Shown here one piece after another: positions 37,130 to 38,362 of a DNA stretch of 38,362 nucleotides. This DNA is from a candidate division NPL-UPA2 bacterium Unc8 (GTDB lineage: Bacteria > NPL-UPA2). A program made the translations under genes and the position numbers. Position 1 is the first letter of the stretch; the number at the start of each line of letters is the position of its first letter. The notes beneath the pieces are model-generated. The model worked only from the letters and a program-made list of their open reading frames with translations, had not been told where the DNA came from and searched no databases. The stretch spans positions 64,646-103,007 of the forward strand of contig NDHY01000003.1 of NCBI GenBank assembly GCA_003574845.1. The letters run 5' to 3'.

Positions 37130-38140
37130 TTACTTCGCAAGCTCTTCCCGAATATATTCTACCTTAAGCAACACCTCTTTTATTTCTTCAACATCCAATA
37201 TCCTTGTATTCTCAGACGTGTAGTCTTCTTTCTCTGATATCTGCTTTTCACCCTCAACAAAATACTCATTATAATTCAAATCTCTGGCATCAACCGGAAT
37301 CCTATAGTAATCACCCAAATCCTGGGCGCATGCCATCTCTTCCCTATTCAATAAAGTTTCATACAGCTTTTCCCCATGCCTTGTTCCAATTATCCTCACC
37401 TCATTTTTTGCTTTAAACAGCTCCTTAACCGCAACAGTCAGGTCTCCAATCGTGCAGGCAGGCGCCTTTTGAACAAATATATCACCCGCATTTCCATTCT
37501 TAAAGGCATATAGAACCAGCTCAATTGCGTTTCCCAGAGACATGATAAACCGTGTCATATTAGGATCTGTCACCGTTAATGGTTTGCCCGCTTTTATCTG
37601 CTCCACAAACAGAGGGATCACAGAACCCCTTGAAGCAATCACATTACCATAGCGCGTGCCGCAGAGCATGATCTTCTTTTCATCGACCGTTCTCGCCTTC
37701 GCAGTCATCACCTTTTCCATAAGAGCCTTTGACATCCCCATAGCGTTTACCGGATAAACCGCCTTGTCCGTGCTTAAAACAACCACCCTTTGGACATTTT
37801 GTGAAATGGCCGCATTTAAGACATTCTCCGTACCCAGAACATTTGTTCTTACTGCTTCAATAGGAAAAAATTCACACGACGGCACCTGTTTCAGGGCAGC
37901 AGCATGAAACACATAATCAACCCCATGCATAGCAAAAAGAATGCTATCACAGTCTCTCACATCTCCAATATAAAACTTCAGCTTATCATTACGATACGCA
38001 TTCCGCATATCATCCTGCTTCTTTTCATCCCTGCTAAAGACACGGATTTCTCTTATGCCGGTATTCAAAAATTTCTTGATTATCATATTCCCGAAAGAAC
38101 CGGTGCCGCCGGTTATAAGAAGTGTTTTGTCTTTAAACAT
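37130..38140 (-). CDS. fnlA: UDP-GlcNAc 4,6-dehydratase/epimerase (FnlA/CapE-like)
   Basis: TGGTGSFG, SRDEKKQ, HAAALKQVPSCEF, STDKAVYP, RYGNV..SRGSV, RDLNY; GGAGG RBS before ATG 38140. Confidence 0.9.
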   Translation of the reverse strand: MFKDKTLLITGGTGSFGNMIIKKFLNTGIREIRVFSRDEKKQDDMRNAYRNDKLKFYIGDVRDCDSILFAMHGVDYVFHAAALKQVPSCEFFPIEAVRTNVLGTENVLNAAISQNVQRVVVLSTDKAVYPVNAMGMSKALMEKVMTAKARTVDEKKIMLCGTRYGNVIASRGSVIPLFVEQIKAGKPLTVTDPNMTRFIMSLGNAIELVLYAFKNGNAGDIFVQKAPACTIGDLTVAVKELFKAKNEVRIIGTRHGEKLYETLLNREEMACAQDLGDYYRIPVDARDLNYNEYFVEGEKQISEKEDYTSENTRILDVEEIKEVLLKVEYIREELAK

Positions 38141-38336
38141 TTGTTTCCTCCTGACCACGACTTTTCATCATGTTTACAGTGTAGTGAAAAAGCTGGCGGT
38201 TTTGCTCAACAACCCCATCGTCCTTTGCCACGCCAAGCCCATACATCATTGCCTTTTCAGACCATTTTACATGTTCTTCTTGCTCCATATCCACACACTT
38301 CTGCAAAACCTCCCGACTCTTCAACTCTTGACTCAT
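38133..38336 (-). other. Short ORF, possibly the detached C-terminus of an upstream glycosyltransferase
   Basis: REVLQKCVDMEQEEHVKWSEKA...VVEQNRQLF reads like a GT-B C-terminal helix region; in-frame stops just upstream; window edge prevents confirmation. Confidence 0.3.
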
Positions 38337-38362
38337 GATTTAAATCGCAGCCATTCAACAGT

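Noticed and set aside
384-38338. Numerous 60-155 aa antisense or alternate-frame ORFs
   Set aside because: All overlap well-supported genes and show no recognisable motifs

Overview
Chromosomal window from a diderm (LPS-producing), probably anaerobic bacterium. From left to right it holds tRNA-Thr(UGU), then a + strand lipid A/core/Kdo operon (HAD hydrolase, msbA, DUF374 acyltransferase, lpxK, waaF, glycosyltransferases, O-antigen ligase, two methyltransferases, DegT aminotransferase, kdsB, Fe-alcohol dehydrogenase) and a displaced rpmH that the ORF track missed. A long - strand run follows: purF, an MMPL/RND transporter, nadX, an MFS transporter, ilvE, lysS, a DUF559 nuclease, frameshifted prfB, a MOSC-MogA fusion and a dehydratase activase. 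The window ends in the distal part of an O-antigen cluster (fnlABC, GT4, epimerase, phosphoglycosyl transferase, capD/pglF, wzz) interrupted by a RAYT-type Y1 transposase, an MNT-HEPN pair and a RAYT remnant. The most unusual signal is non-coding. Many spacers are mosaics of 7-9 nt tandem repeats of several families, small hairpin elements sit between repeat units (one 27-bp element is nested four-deep in itself), and several repeat families are written into host ORFs. The DegT-kdsB-FeADH trio has the same family content as the Kdo8N (kdnAB-kdsB) pathway. All calls come from motif reading by eye; no searches were run.
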